Assembly (NCBI GenBank): GCA_051294375.1
Contig: CM119264.1
Span: 13,226,996-13,290,812, forward strand
From: Paraspadella gotoi
Lineage: Eukaryota > Animalia > Chaetognatha
Direction: 5' to 3'
DNA: 63,817 nt
The notes under the pieces are model-generated. The model saw only the letters and a list, made by a program, of their open reading frames with translations, did no database searches and was not told where the DNA came from. The position numbers were made by a program, and so were the translations under genes. This document shows, in pieces, positions 14,160-26,137 of this stretch (the first letter of the stretch is position 1; each line of letters opens with the position of its first letter).

Positions 14160-14335
14160 GATCAGAACCCTCCAACGCCCCGCCCCTGCCCTTCGCTGGC
14201 CAAACCAACGCCAATGGCGCCTCTCGGGGTCACGCCTCCATTTCCGGTCTCCTTTGAAGGTCATCGACGCAACGACCAAAGAGCCGATAGGTTTTTCGGC
14301 CCAAACGTTGACAAAACTGTAACCTTGGCAACCTA
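14160..14335. promoter_or_regulatory. motif-dense promoter/enhancer-like island
   Basis: GC box CCCCGCCCC, CCAAT, ETS-like TTTCCGG, TCF-like CCTTTGAAG, AGGTCA and the X-box GTAACCTTGGCAAC (14319-14332) all fall within ~175 bp. Confidence 0.35.
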
Positions 14336-14894
14336 AACAACCCGAAATACCCCCCACCCACCCCATAAAAAAACTCTATTCGGAAAATCGACCCGAACCG
14401 GATCAATTCGTACAGCAATTTTTTTTTTAATCTTAAAGCAAAAACGGCGTCTTCCGAATAAAAAAAAAGTAGTTCATAGTATGGAGTTACAATAGGAATC
14501 GCCGCTACTCCGTTGAAGAAGTAAAAAAAAGGGATTTTTTGGATCAGAGACAATTCAATTCTCAATCAATAAACAGCGAAGAAGAACAAGACGTGGAAAG
14601 TCAAAATATACATCTCACGTCACTGGATGAACGAATTTACAGTTAGATTATAGTCAGCTTATAGTTTGAAAAAAGACGAATAAAAAACAGATTTATAAAC
14701 TTCTGCTGAAGGAAATCTACGTTAAAACTACCACAGATACATAAAGGCACTGAAAGAGAGAGAGAGAGAGNNNNNNNNNNNNNNNNNNNNNNNNNNNNNN
14801 NNNNNNNNNNNNNNNNNNNNNNNNNNNNNNNNNNNNNNNNNNNNNNNNNNNNNNNNNNNNNNNNNNNNNNNNNNNNNNNNNNNNNNNNNNNNNN

Positions 14895-14927
<33 letters not shown>

Positions 14928-16065
14928 TATCACTTCGAGCGGGAATAAATTCCAAAACCCGGTGCTTCTTTGAATCTTCTCGAAGAAAGAAAGACTTTCA
15001 GTCTCTTTTTTCAACTTTTTTTTAAAAAACATTTTTAATCTTGCAATGTTTTTAATGTTATTCAAGCCATTGAATGTCTTTTGTTTAGCTCTTGAATCGA
15101 TTTTTTTTTCTTCTCGCTGTTTTTAATATTCTTTTAATCTTTTCCTTTCGGTGATCTAACGTTTTTCCTTTCACCTCTGCATCGACTTCCTCGCCAACGC
15201 AACGCTCGCTCTAAGTCCACTCCCTCTCACATCTTTCCACACTTTCATTGGACAGCCTATATCATATCCCTCACAAACACACACTATTTCCACCCTGACT
15301 CTCCTCTTTCAACTCTCAATATTTACCCTTCCCGTAACTCGTTCGCTCTCTATCTTTTCCCTCTTTTATTCTTTTCCACTCTCTTTCTTTCCTTACCATT
15401 CGAACTTACCCACATTTTCCCTCTTGAAAAAAGCCCAGTGCCCAACCGCTTTCCCAATTTCTGGCGTTGCGCAATACCCATCTACTTTTTTTTTAAAAAG
15501 AACCACGCCTCTTGGCACTTCCCCCTCCCCATTGGCACTCCCTTGCGATGTAGCTCTTTGCCTTCAGAGAGAGAGAGNNNNNNNNNNGACAACGAAGACG
15601 ACATCAACGACAATGAGGATAAAAAAAAGAGGAAGAAAAAAATGAAAAATCAGAAAACAGGAATAATAACAGACTGACAGAGGGACAGACGGACAGACAG
15701 ACAAGCAAACTGGCTGACAGACAGACCGGGAGATTGCGTTGGAGTCGTGCAACACCAAGATATTATAACGTTGCGCTCGTTAGGAAACAAAAACCAAGAG
15801 AGTACCCCTCTAGTTCCAACCATGATGACGACGACAACGACGACGACAAACTCCTGCCGACGACGACGACGACGACCGCGATATCGACGATCGACTGGAG
15901 AGGGAGGGGAAGTCACGTGATCGAAATTGAAGAAATTGTGATGAGGAAGATGAAGATGATGATTTGGATGAGATTGAGACGAAGGTCGAATTTGAATCTG
16001 AAAGACGATAAACAAACTCGACTCAAAAACGAAAACTCGCCTCCTTCGAAAAAAAAAATCTTCGG

Positions 16066-16149
<84 letters not shown>

Positions 16150-17781
16150 TCTCTCTCTTCTCTCTCTCTCTCTCTCTCTTTCTTCTCTCTCTCTCTTTCT
16201 CTCTCTCTTCTATCTCTCTCTCTCTCTCTCTCGTCTCTCTTCTTTTTTTTTCTCTAGTCTCATTAAAAAAAATTAATCAATTCAAAAGATTTAAACATTA
16301 ACAAACTTAGATTAGTTCTAATAGATTATTTTAATTAATGTTATCACTATTTGCAGTTTCTAATAAATTGCGCTCCCTTCATAAAAACGTTACGATTCTG
16401 ATCTTCGGCGTTATTAGAGTTTGAGAAAAGAAAGGCGGGCTCACTATAAAAAAAAAAACAACCTCATACATTACATTCGACCTACGTTATCGTTTTATCG
16501 GCCATAACGTCTTCTAGGGACATAGAAAATCTCGCTCCCTCTTATCGTTTATTTCGCCTTGCCCCACCCTGTCTCCCTCTTTCTCTCCCTCTCTCTCTCC
16601 CTCTCTCTCTCTCTCTCCCTCTTTTCTTCCCCGTCTTCATAACCGAGAGTATCGCGTCGTACATAAAATTCAATCGCGCCCTTCTTCACATCAAAGACTC
16701 TCGCCGCTCCATTTTTTTCTTCTTTTTCTTTTTCTTTTTTACTTTTCAGTTCTTTTTTCTATCCGCCCCGACTCTTTTTTTTTCTCTCCCTATCCGGTTT
16801 CTATCTTTCACCCTCTCTTCCACTGAATAAAGTAGTTCACTTCCGATTCCAATTTCACTGAAGTATATCCTAATTCGCTATCGTGGTGAGCATTCATTCT
16901 TTTGGTTTCATTGACACTTTTCACTCTTCCCTCTTCCCTCACTTTCCTTTTTAGTTCGTCCTCTTTCTTTCCTTCCCTTTTTTCTCTCTCTTTTTCTCTA
17001 TTATTTCCAGCCTTTCACTTTCGTCGTCTTAAATTGACAGCGGTCGTGCAGCGTCACTTATCCACTTACTCACTCTCCTCTTACTTTTTACCTTCGTCTC
17101 TCTTTTCCTTTCTGCTTTTCTGCGTCGTTCGACACCATCGCGTCATTCGTCTTTCCTCTTCCTCCTCCCCCTTTCGCCCTCTCAGCCCAAACTCGGCTCC
17201 CCCCCCCTTTCTGGCGCTGCCATATTTCTTGATGCGATTGGCCGGGCGACGTCAATGAATCTCAATGGCAACGGATGGCGACGGATTGCGTCTGGCAAAA
17301 ATCATTTTTCCTTCTCGTCGTCTCTCTCCCTTTTTGCCCTTAAAAGGTGCGAGGGGGGAAAAGTGACGAGGGAAATTTGATCTTGTGATTGACATTTAAA
17401 ACCAACACTTATTTCTACTGAGTCATACTTTGTCATACAATCTGATTTGCTGAAGGATATACACTTAAACATATAACGTATACTTAGCTAAGTGAAATAT
17501 ATTTTCGATCTCTTATTAACCTAGTTAAATTAATATAGCGAAAAAAGGCCCTTATTAATATTATGGCATAATATAAGTTAATAAGAGATCGAAAATATAT
17601 TTCACTTTGCTATGTCTAGGTTTATGGGGTATTAATTCGATATAATAGCATATTGTACAATGTACATTGTACATACCGTCTATCTTCACTGACAAATTTC
17701 TCTGGCAAACTCCATCACTCCCGTGAGGTCGACTGCCTTTTGCTCTCAGAGACAATGGGGGAAGGAAGAGGAGGAAGAGGA

Positions 17782-17839
17782 GGAGCCAATGAGAGGCTCT
17801 CACAATGAAAGGAGCCAATGAGAGGCTCTCACAATGAAA
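17782..17839. repeat. 29-bp perfect tandem duplication
   Basis: GGAGCCAATGAGAGGCTCTCACAATGAAA occurs twice. Confidence 0.95.
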
Positions 17840-18108
17840 GGAGGCGTTGAGAGAAGTCCTTTTACTCAGAATGGAGTTTTCGCAGATTGGTTTCTCTGTC
17901 GCCCTTATGCAGAACATAGAAAATGACTATGATAAACGTAGTAACAGTAATCATAGGCGAAGGACGTTAAAGTGCCGTAACATTAACGATAAAGACAACG
18001 TTGGTTTTTACCTCTGACAAGTTATAATCTGTAGATGACGATTTATTCCATCTCCTACACCCAACGATGAAAACCCATTTCCCGGTCGACGACCGACGGC
18101 GTCATCGC

Positions 18109-18122
18109 GTTGCCATGGTAAC
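18109..18122. promoter_or_regulatory. RFX X-box motif
   Basis: GTTGCCATGGTAAC matches the palindromic X-box consensus GTNRCC-N(0-3)-RGYAAC. Confidence 0.5.
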
Positions 18123-18561
18123 ATTCCGTGTGGTACAGAGGTCGTTAGGAGACACCCGGGTGGGGGGGGTGCGAAGGTAGATCAATGAAATGAGATTCAG
18201 GTGGGGTGGTCTAAGGAGGGCGTTGTTGTTATGATGCAACTTAAGTTGCTTTATGGCTACGGTGAGTTGAGCGACCCTTTGCTGAGTAGGGCGCGAAAGT
18301 TATCATCGCTGTTGTCATCTTCGTCATTATCTTTTTCGTAATAAATTTATATATTTGCCTTGAATACGTAGTGAAAGCGGAAATAGTACAAAAATAAGTG
18401 TTGACGGTAAATTAGAACGACAAATCTTTGTCTTTTTTTGTATTAATTAATATAAAATTATAATATATTAAAATATATTAAAATATATTAAAATATATTA
18501 AATTAAAATATATTCTATTCCATCGTCAAGGTGATTCTATTTTTTCTTATATTTTTTTCTC

Positions 18562-18885
18562 GCTCTCCTTCTTTTTCTCTTTCCCCCTCTCTTTCTATTT
18601 CTCCCTCACTTTCTCTTTCTCCCTCTCTTTCTCTTTCCCCCTCTCTTTCTATTTCTCCCTCTATTTCTATTTCTCCCTCACTTTCTCTTTCTCCCTCACT
18701 TTCTCTTTTTCCCTCACTTTCTCTTTCTCCCTCACTTTCTATTTCTCCTTATCTTTCTATTTCTCCCTCTTTCTATTTCTCCCTCACTTTCTCTTTCTCC
18801 CTCAATTTCTCTTTCTCCCTCTCTTTCTATTTCTCCTTCTCTTTCTCTTTCTCCCTCACTTTCTATTTCTCCCTCTTTCTATTTG
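18562..18885. repeat. 18-bp pyrimidine minisatellite
   Basis: TTTCTCTTTCTCCCTCAC-like units, seen as SPSLSL periodicity in the ORF track. Confidence 0.9.
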
Positions 18886-19004
18886 TCTCTCACTCTTCTG
18901 CTCATCTTCATCGTCATCCCTCAAAATCTCTTCTTCGCCTCCGCTTCTCTCTCATCGATGACCTTTGACACCAACCACTCCAATCACCACATTGTTTTAC
19001 CCTT

Positions 19005-19074
<70 letters not shown>

Positions 19075-19100
19075 TCTCTCTCTCTCCTCTCCTCTCTTTC

Positions 19101-19145
<45 letters not shown>

Positions 19146-19187
19146 CTTTCAATCTCCTTTTCACAGAATTACTTCTCTCTCTCTCTC

Positions 19188-19270
<83 letters not shown>

Positions 19271-19953
19271 TCCTCCCTCCCTCTTTTGTTGATGCAGCCC
19301 GCGCTTCGGGCCAAGCACCGCCGAACCTACTTCGCCAATGGGGCTCTTTGATGTCTGCAATTTCGGGTTTCCCTTGTTAAAAATCTTGTTTTGGTTTCAG
19401 CGAGGTTCTTTTTATTTCTTTGTAACTTGTTCCCAGCTTTGGTAAGAGGCGGGGCACTTAATGTGTTTCTTCAACGCTCCCTTTCTTTTTTTTTCTTTTC
19501 CTTTTCTTTTTTTTCTTTTTTTTCTAATTTTTTTTCTTCTTTCCCGTCATTTTTAATTAATTCATACTTTTCTCATTCCTCTCACCTCCTCATTTCTTTG
19601 CCTTTCCCGCCTTTATGAAATTTTTTTTCGCATTACATTCCGCCTTTATTTTTATTCATTTTATTTTTTTCACGTTTTTTATTTTTTTTTAATTTCTTGC
19701 GCTTCTTTCGAGTTTTTCTTTCGTTGTTTCTCTTTTTCTATCTTTTCTTCTCTTTTCTTCTCTTTTCTATTTTCGCGCATCTGTCTTTCTTTCTTTCTCC
19801 CTTCCAGGGTTTGGCATTGTTGTGAATCAAACATCGAAAACCCGATGTAAACCTTGAGGGGCAAACAAAAGCCACACAGAAAAAAAAAATTCCCAGAGCG
19901 GCGAGGACAAACAAAACAAGAGACGTCCCTTTAGCCTGTAGTAGCTACAACTT

Positions 19954-19967
19954 TGCCCTCTGGCGGC
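19954..19967 (-). promoter_or_regulatory. CTCF-like core motif
   Basis: Minus-strand GCCGCCAGAGGGCA fits the CTCF core CC(A/G)C(C/T)AG(A/G)(G/T)GGC. Confidence 0.4.
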
Positions 19968-20311
19968 TACAACTTCTTTACAACCATTTGTCGTTTTTTC
20001 TTTAACATTGAATTTTTCCTCAGATTCATCCGTCCCTTTAGAATAAATATACTACGTATATATATTGTTTAAAATACTAAATAGTGAAAGAGAATGAATA
20101 ATGGAAATAATGAATACAGATACGGTCGTCAGGTGAGCTCTCGGTCGTTTTGGTCTAAATAATAGTACAAAAAAGTAAATAGGCGGGAATTGCATTAAGT
20201 TCACCCCGCCTATCAGCATGACGCCTTCAAACATGACCCTGTGGCTCATTAAGTAAAGCCATCTGTTTATGACCACTATGTACTGGGTTTCCTACCTTGC
20301 TGGAAGCGGGA

Positions 20312-20370
20312 GGACAGCCGTAAACTGCCTTGGGGGCGTGGAAATCCATCGAGGTAGTTTACGGCCGTCT
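20312..20370 (+). ncRNA. pre-miRNA-like hairpin (candidate)
   Basis: GGACAGCCGTAAACTGCCTT pairs with GAGGTAGTTTACGGCCGTCT: 20 positions with 16 Watson-Crick pairs, 3 G-U pairs and 1 mismatch, total length 59 nt. Confidence 0.3.
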
Positions 20371-20576
20371 GAGTCGATAATATTAAGTCCCCATTGCTCT
20401 TTTTATATTCTTTTTTGCCAAATTATGACTTTTATTTACTTGTTTTACTTGGTTCCAAATCCTAATGTCACATACCAGCCAGAGTACATAATTTTGGTGG
20501 GGGAAATTTTACTTCTCTTTATTACCCCATTTGTCCACATTTTTTTCTCTGCTTTTTTATGGCCTCGTGAGGCCTC

Positions 20577-20747
20577 GCGTCGGCATGGGCTCGTCGCTGT
20601 GTCGGAAAGGCTTCGTCACTGCATCGGCAGAGGAGAGAGATCGTGGGCATGGGGTCGTCACAGTGTCGAGTGGTCTTCAGCACTGCGTCGGCGATGGCTC
20701 GTGGCGAAGTCGGCAGGGCGTCCTCCGCCGCGTCGGCACGTCGGCAC
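20577..20747. repeat. GC-rich degenerate ~21-22 bp tandem repeat
   Basis: About 8 units beginning (G/T)GTCGGC / GCGTCGGC. Confidence 0.65.
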
Positions 20748-21833
20748 TTCGGTCTCCCTAAAAAGCGTCATTCTGCGCCTTTAGCGCCAACGAAACGACA
20801 TCTCAGAATTGTTTGTTTACTTTTTCTTCGGTCGTAAACATGAAACTTAAACGGGGAAAAGAAGATAAAAAAAAAACTTTGGGACTCCAGGCGGAGAAAA
20901 ATCTCTTCTCGTTCTGAGTCTTCGTTTCTTTTCTCCGGGTTTCCTCTCTTCTCTCAGTTCACAGTCTTCTTTCTTTAATCGCTTTTTTTATTCCTTTGTT
21001 CAAACTGCAAAGGCTTCCGTTTTATCTTTTCTATCGCTTTTTATTTGGTTCGATTTTTTTTTTTTATATATTATTTAGGTATTTAAATGCCAAGTGTCTA
21101 CTTTTTAGGGGGGGGTGCTTTCCATGTTATTTCTTTTTTTAGTTGCGCCGCGAGTACTCTCGGAGTAACTCTATAAGTCACTTTTCGGTTAAAAATTCTC
21201 ATTTTCATAACTCGCATATTAAGACAGGAAAAAAACTGAAATCTAAGTGGCTTCTGGCTCCGCTTTCAAAAAATCCTAAAACTATGAAGAATAAAAGACG
21301 GAATTCCTATGCAGCGCATGTCATAAATACACTTACACAGGCTAAGAAAGTCATTGCGGCGCAACACATTGGATGGACCGATCTTGTTTTTCTTTTACTC
21401 TATTTGTTTTTCTGCATCTTTCTCTTCTTTTTTATCTCATCGTCCTCATTTTGTTTTTGATTTTTCCCTTTCATCCTTTATTTTTATTTTTTTTTTCTTT
21501 TTCATCCCTGTGATCCCCGCATCTCTTCTTCAACCCCCCGCTTCTACTTCCCCCCTTCCCCCCTTTTACTTCCCCCCCTCCCCCCCCAACGCTTATCCGT
21601 CCTGTTTTTCTCCTCCTTTTTTCTTGTTTACGGGATGAAGCGAAGGAAATAAAAGGAGAAGAAACAAGAGACAAGATTTCTGGGAAATGAATTGCGACAG
21701 AATTATGGTCGTAAAAACTCGTATAAAATCCAGACTCATGAAACTCACCTCATTTATTATTTCCTCGCCATTTTGTTATCTCATCAGAGACGAAAACATA
21801 AGACGATCATTTTTCAGTATTGCGGAATAGAAT

Positions 21834-21869
<36 letters not shown>

Positions 21870-23278
21870 NNNNNNNNNNNNNNNNNNNNNNNNNNNNNNN
21901 NNNNNNNNNNNNNNNNNNNNNNNNNNNNNNNNNNNNNNNNNNNNNNNNNNNNNNNNNNNNNNNNNNNNNNNNNNNNNNNNNNNNNNNNNNNNNNNNNNNN
22001 NNNNNNNNNNNNNNNNNNNNNNNNNNNNNNNNNNNNNNNNNNNNNNNNNNNNNNNNNNNNNNNNNNNNNNNNNNNNNNNGGAGGGAAAGGGAATGCTCCC
22101 TTTCTCTTCGTTACTCCAGCGACCAATCTCCTGTTTTTTTTCCTTTCTCTTTTATTTCCCTTTTTTTCCTTCCTCTTTTTTTTCTTTTTCATTTTCTTTT
22201 TCTTTGGCGGATCTTCTCTGTTTTGTTTTGTCTTTGTTTCTCTCCAGGGAATGATGTTAGACAAACGCAATGAGAATGATCTGTTTTTGCGCAACATCTC
22301 ATAAACTGGTGGACGAAACTCGCATATCCATTCCCCGCTCGGAATTTACTCAACCGGAAACCGGACGAAAAAGACTTCATCGGGGGACCACTGGCCCAGG
22401 CGAAGCCATTAATATTGAGGCATAGCAATATTAAAAAAAGGCGTTGTCTATTTATTATTTTCTAAGATTTGAAGAGTGAAGAAGTAAGGAAAAATGAAAT
22501 TACCGCTCATTGATCAAATTTGGTTTTTAAATTGTCTTTAACTTTGTCTTTGTAGCATACGAACTTAATACAGTAATGGACATGCAAAGTTACTATTTAG
22601 ATTTTTTATCAGTTATAAGCTGAAATTATTACATTAAACATTTTTTTATGTTTTGATTTGTTTTCATTTTTAACCATTTGTTTATTTTTTTAATTCTTTC
22701 GATTTCTGTCGCGTCTAATCCTTCCCTTCTCTTGTTTGTGTGGCAGTTTATTTTTTCGCCTTTTATTAATGTTGTGGAGAATTATTTCCAACAGCTCTCT
22801 CTCACTCTCTCTCTCTCTCTCTGTCTCTTTCTCTATTCTTCTCCGTCCCTCTCGTTTCTCTTCGTAATTTACCATGTTTTTAATGAGTTTTCCTCGTCAT
22901 TTTTTTTTCCGCGTTATTCGAACGAAAGGAAAAAAAANNNNNNNNNNNNNNNNNNNNNNNNNNNNNNNNNNNNNNNNNNNNNNNNNNNNNNNNNNNNNNN
23001 NNNNNNNNNNNNNNNNNNNNNNNNNNNNNNNNNNNNNNNNNNNNNNNNNNNNNNNNNNNNNNNNNNNNNNNNNNNNNNNNNNGAGAGAGAGAGAGAAAGA
23101 GAGAGAGAGAGACGGCGCTTTGTTTTTTTCCACTTAATCGAACGTTTCCAGTTTTCCAGGTTCCGTTCCCGACGGGTTTTTTCTCTTCCATCATATTAGT
23201 TCCATGTTTATGACGGGAAGCTGCACTTTGGATATAGAAATGGTCGAGCCTCCGTTTATGAAATAGAAATATAAATGA

Positions 23279-23374
<96 letters not shown>

Positions 23375-23692
23375 ATCATTAAAGAGAACGTACTTTTTAA
23401 TACCCAGGCACAACAAAAAAAACAATGGTTTCGTTTTTGTTTTTTTTTCGTTTCGAGATAATCGACAAAGTCGGCGCACGTTTTTTTCCATTTTTCTCAG
23501 AAATCGTTGACAATTTCTTTTTTTTTTCTTTTTTTTAAAGAAACACATTCATTGCATCTGCTGTTGGCTTTTGTTTCTTCCTTGCTTGGCATCGACATTC
23601 CTTCCGGTTCGGGCTGCCTCGTCATCTGTTCCCCTCAGGCATCTGCTTCGCCTTGGCTTCGGCACCTGATCGCTACGCGTCGCCAAAATGCC

Positions 23693-24009
23693 AACACCCG
23701 TTCAATTTTATTTTCATTTTACGCTTAGACACTCTAACACCCGTTCAATTTTATTTTCATTTTACGCTTAGACACTCTAATAGACTAATAGACTAATAGA
23801 CTAATAGACTAATAGACTAATAGACTAGTCTAATAGACAGTGAGAGACGAAATGAGACTCGAGTGAAACTGACTTTTTCTTTTAATTCCTTACTTTTAAT
23901 TCCTTACTTTTAATTCCTTACTTTTAATTCTTTACTTTTAATTCCTTACTTTTAATTCCTTACTTTTAATTCCTTACTTTTAATTCCTTACTTTTAATTT
24001 CTTACTTTT
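23693..24009. repeat. stacked tandem repeats: ~44-bp duplication, (TAATAGAC)n and (TTTTAATTCCTTAC)n
   Basis: The units are directly visible. Confidence 0.95.
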
Positions 24010-24213
24010 CCTATCAAACAAGAGACTCAAGGATTTCCTCTCGAAAATCCGCCGTTCAGATTCACAATCCGTTTTCTCTCCTTCTCTCAATCTCCCCAAG
24101 ACCTTACCTTCGCTGCGGTTCTAATATTCATAAGGTTTTTTTTTTGTTTTTTTTTTTAATTTTTTTTTTTTAGATTATTTTAGACGATACAAACCGGAGG
24201 CGAAGGAAAAGAC

Positions 24214-24244
<31 letters not shown>

Positions 24245-24335
24245 ACGAATACGAGGGAGAAAAAGATGGCGTTTATTTATTTACGTCAAAAGGCGTCGAG
24301 AGGGAGATAACCATCAGACGTTCTTCTCTTGACAT

Positions 24336-24448
<113 letters not shown>

Positions 24449-25840
24449 CCTTCTTATCGAAATTTCTTGATATTTCTTGATATTTCTTTCCGATGAAAGG
24501 GCGAAAAAAAATTGTTGCCCTAAGAGACGAAACTAACCACCCTCCCCTTTACCGTCAGCAATCCACTAACCCAGATTCACCCCCTTTTACGCTTTTGGTC
24601 AACCTTCTACAATTATGTTGTGAAGATCCCACTCCAATTGAGGTTATATATTTCTACCTTTCTCCCTTTCCTTTATCTCTTGCCTTCTTTTTTTCTACCT
24701 CCTCCTCTCCTATCAAATCTTTTCCTTTCCTTTCCTCTTTCCTTCCTTTTCTTTTTCCTCCCTTTCCTCTCTTCCTTCCTCACTTTTCCTCTTCTCCCCA
24801 ATCCGAACTCGTTTTCCTGTCACGGACTTCACCTTTTTTTCCCCGATTTTCGTCACTCAACCGATCGACTCTCGCGCCCAACTTATTTGGCTCAGCTGGA
24901 CTCTTTTGCGTCTTTTAGTGCCTCTCATACCTCTACTTTCTTGCAGTCCAGCCTGACCTCCGCCTGGACTTTAAGCGTCATACCCAGGCAGTCTTTTGCG
25001 CCTACTTTTTTCCCGCTCTCTTGCGCCAGCCTCATCCAAGCTTTATTTATGACAACCAGTTTCACTTTTATGCCACAGCCCAACCTCGGCCCATATTCAC
25101 CGCCCCAACCCGAAGCCATAATTGGCTCAACCTTTGTTAGACCCCAAGTCAACTTCTTTCGTCGTCTAGATGTAACTCGGCAAAACCTTCACCGTCATTA
25201 TCGCTTTCAACACGAACGTGACGGTATCATTTCCGGTTTCTAACCATTTCCATTTTTACACACATCTTTCTCTCTCTATTTTCTATTTTCCTTTCTTAGC
25301 TTTTTCCCTCCCCCCCCATTTATACGCATACATCCTTCCATTCTATTATTTACCCCACAAATTATGCACAATTTTCACCTTTTTTTTTCTCTACGGTTTA
25401 ATTGTCAAATTCCCTCGGCCAACCCTTTCTCGAAGCTTTTCCTTTCCCCTTTTTAATTCTCTAAATCTTATTCTTTTCTCTCCTCTATAATCCTATCTCC
25501 CCCCTTATTCCTTTCCTCCTTTTCCTCCACTCCCCCCATATCCTTCTCCCCCAACCTATTCCCTTCCCCCCTATTCCCTTTCCTCACCCAGTCCCCTTTC
25601 TCCGACGCATTGGCCACTCCGTCCCCCCCCCCCTTGCCTTCTGCCTCCACGCGGCCGACGACGACGACCGACGACGGAGAAATGATTTATTCATGGACAA
25701 TCACCTTCATATTTTTACTGATAACAAGGCGGACACTCGACGAGAAGTTTCGAGAACGAGCGAAGGGGGTTGTCACGAAGCGATCACCGGATTGGTGAAT
25801 GGCGGGTCACGTGATCGCCGAACGACGGTCACGTGATTCC

Positions 25841-26137
25841 CGAAGACGCCAAGTCATGATTATCGGCGAGTTTGTTTCGGAACTGACTTGATGCAAATCG
25901 ATTCGCTTACGGTTTGGGAAGATTATTGAAAACAAGCAAACTTTAACAACGGACGCGATTGAAATAAATATTGGATGCTTAATAAATAGTCCTTATTTAT
26001 CTCTATTGCTCGTTGGTGTAATTTTCTGCTTTTCATAATTTCTTAACCAATCTCTCCGAAGCCGTAAGCGCGATCGCATTGTCAAGTCAGTTCCGAAACA
26101 AACTGCTCGATAGATTCATGACTTCGTGCGTCTTTCG
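25841..26137. repeat. imperfect ~300 bp palindrome
   Basis: AGTTTGTTTCGGAACTGACTTGA (~25869) has its reverse complement at ~26082-26104. The arms stay alignable with indels toward a centre near 25985. Confidence 0.85.
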
